Source: a virus
DNA: 64,000 nt
Reading direction: 5' to 3' (one strand)
IMG/VR virus record: IMGVR_UViG_3300035703_004050
Span: 1-64,000 of that record
Part shown: positions 63,460 to 64,000 of the stretch, piece after piece
Layout: the number at the start of each line of letters is the position of its first letter
How positions within the stretch are numbered: the stretch's first letter is position 1
The notes under the pieces: model-generated
Seen by the model: only the letters and a program-made list of their open reading frames with translations
What the model was told of the DNA's origin: nothing
The model's database searches: none
Position numbers and translations under genes: made by a program

Positions 63460-64000
63460 AAAACATCTACCATACGGGGGTGCTAGAGCAATCAATAATC
63501 ACGTAATTACTGAGTTTATCAATTTTGTACTGGGTAAAGATTTTCAACAGCAAACTAAACAACCAGATATAGTTGACGACTTTTTAGATAACTATGTTAA
63601 CTGGTTGTCTAATTCTAAAATAAATCTTTTAACTGGGTTTGACAAGTTTCCATATAAAACTTATGCAAACGGCACAACAGAAGTTTTTGATAAATGGTAT
63701 ATAAGATATAAGCATAGAAGATTGCGTATATTTCGTGGTGAATATATGTATCATTTTGCAACTTACAGAAATTTAGATATGCCTTACAAATGGTTAGAAG
63801 ATGAACCATTAAAAGAAAATGATCATGTTATTATAAGCTTGCCTTTTGCAGATTCAGGTAATATACGTCACGAAACAATTAGCATTTTAAATACTGCTGT
63901 ACTGTTAAATGTACCAGTTTTAATAGATGCAGCATACTTAGGATTAACGCATAATCTAGAATTTGATTTTAGTCATCCAGCAATTGATACGATAGCTGTT
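63428..64000 (+). CDS. PLP-dependent aminotransferase-like protein, truncated by the window end
   Basis: Open from ATG 63428 to the end: NGTTEVFD...GEYMYH...SLPFA..G...VLIDAAY (fold-I DxAY). Confidence 0.6.
   Translation, partial: MAIQGPALPGKKHLPYGGARAINNHVITEFINFVLGKDFQQQTKQPDIVDDFLDNYVNWLSNSKINLLTGFDKFPYKTYANGTTEVFDKWYIRYKHRRLRIFRGEYMYHFATYRNLDMPYKWLEDEPLKENDHVIISLPFADSGNIRHETISILNTAVLLNVPVLIDAAYLGLTHNLEFDFSHPAIDTIAV

Noticed and set aside
1-64000. Integrase, transposase, reverse transcriptase/DGR or rRNA
   Set aside because: No recognisable motifs for any of these in the window.

Overview
This is a 64-kb segment of an AT-rich, large, T4-related/jumbo-type myophage in standard genetic code. 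The host is probably an alphaproteobacterium, judged from the permuted tmRNA with a GGCAGUA T-loop and ANDNF...AA tag, DUF992/DUF3008/TIGR02594-type genes and TTGAC-N-GCTA promoters. Layout: (1) glycan-modification cluster (1-9.5 kb); (2) YafQ-like toxin pair and GC-richer early genes (10-12 kb); (3) UvsW-like helicase, two amidinotransferases and an aminoacyl-tRNA-protein transferase-like operon (13-18.5 kb); (4) replication genes, including a 189-aa mini-DnaE, primase and helicase (19-25 kb); (5) late/virion genes, NrdAB-Grx, PAAR and a large M15-peptidase tail protein (25-41.5 kb); (6) a translation module with tmRNA, TilS and tRNA-CAT (42-44.6 kb); (7) small early genes, ligase, a frameshifted membrane protein, bS21, Hsp20, ClpS, a GH19 lysin and more sugar genes. 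The most striking observation is a two-piece (circularly permuted) tmRNA gene whose ~370-nt intervening segment holds a complete Tpt1/ADP-ribosyltransferase-fold ORF. The ORF ends pair with each other, extending the tmRNA acceptor stem and sequestering the ORF's own Shine-Dalgarno sequence. All product calls come from motif recognition by eye; no database searches were run.
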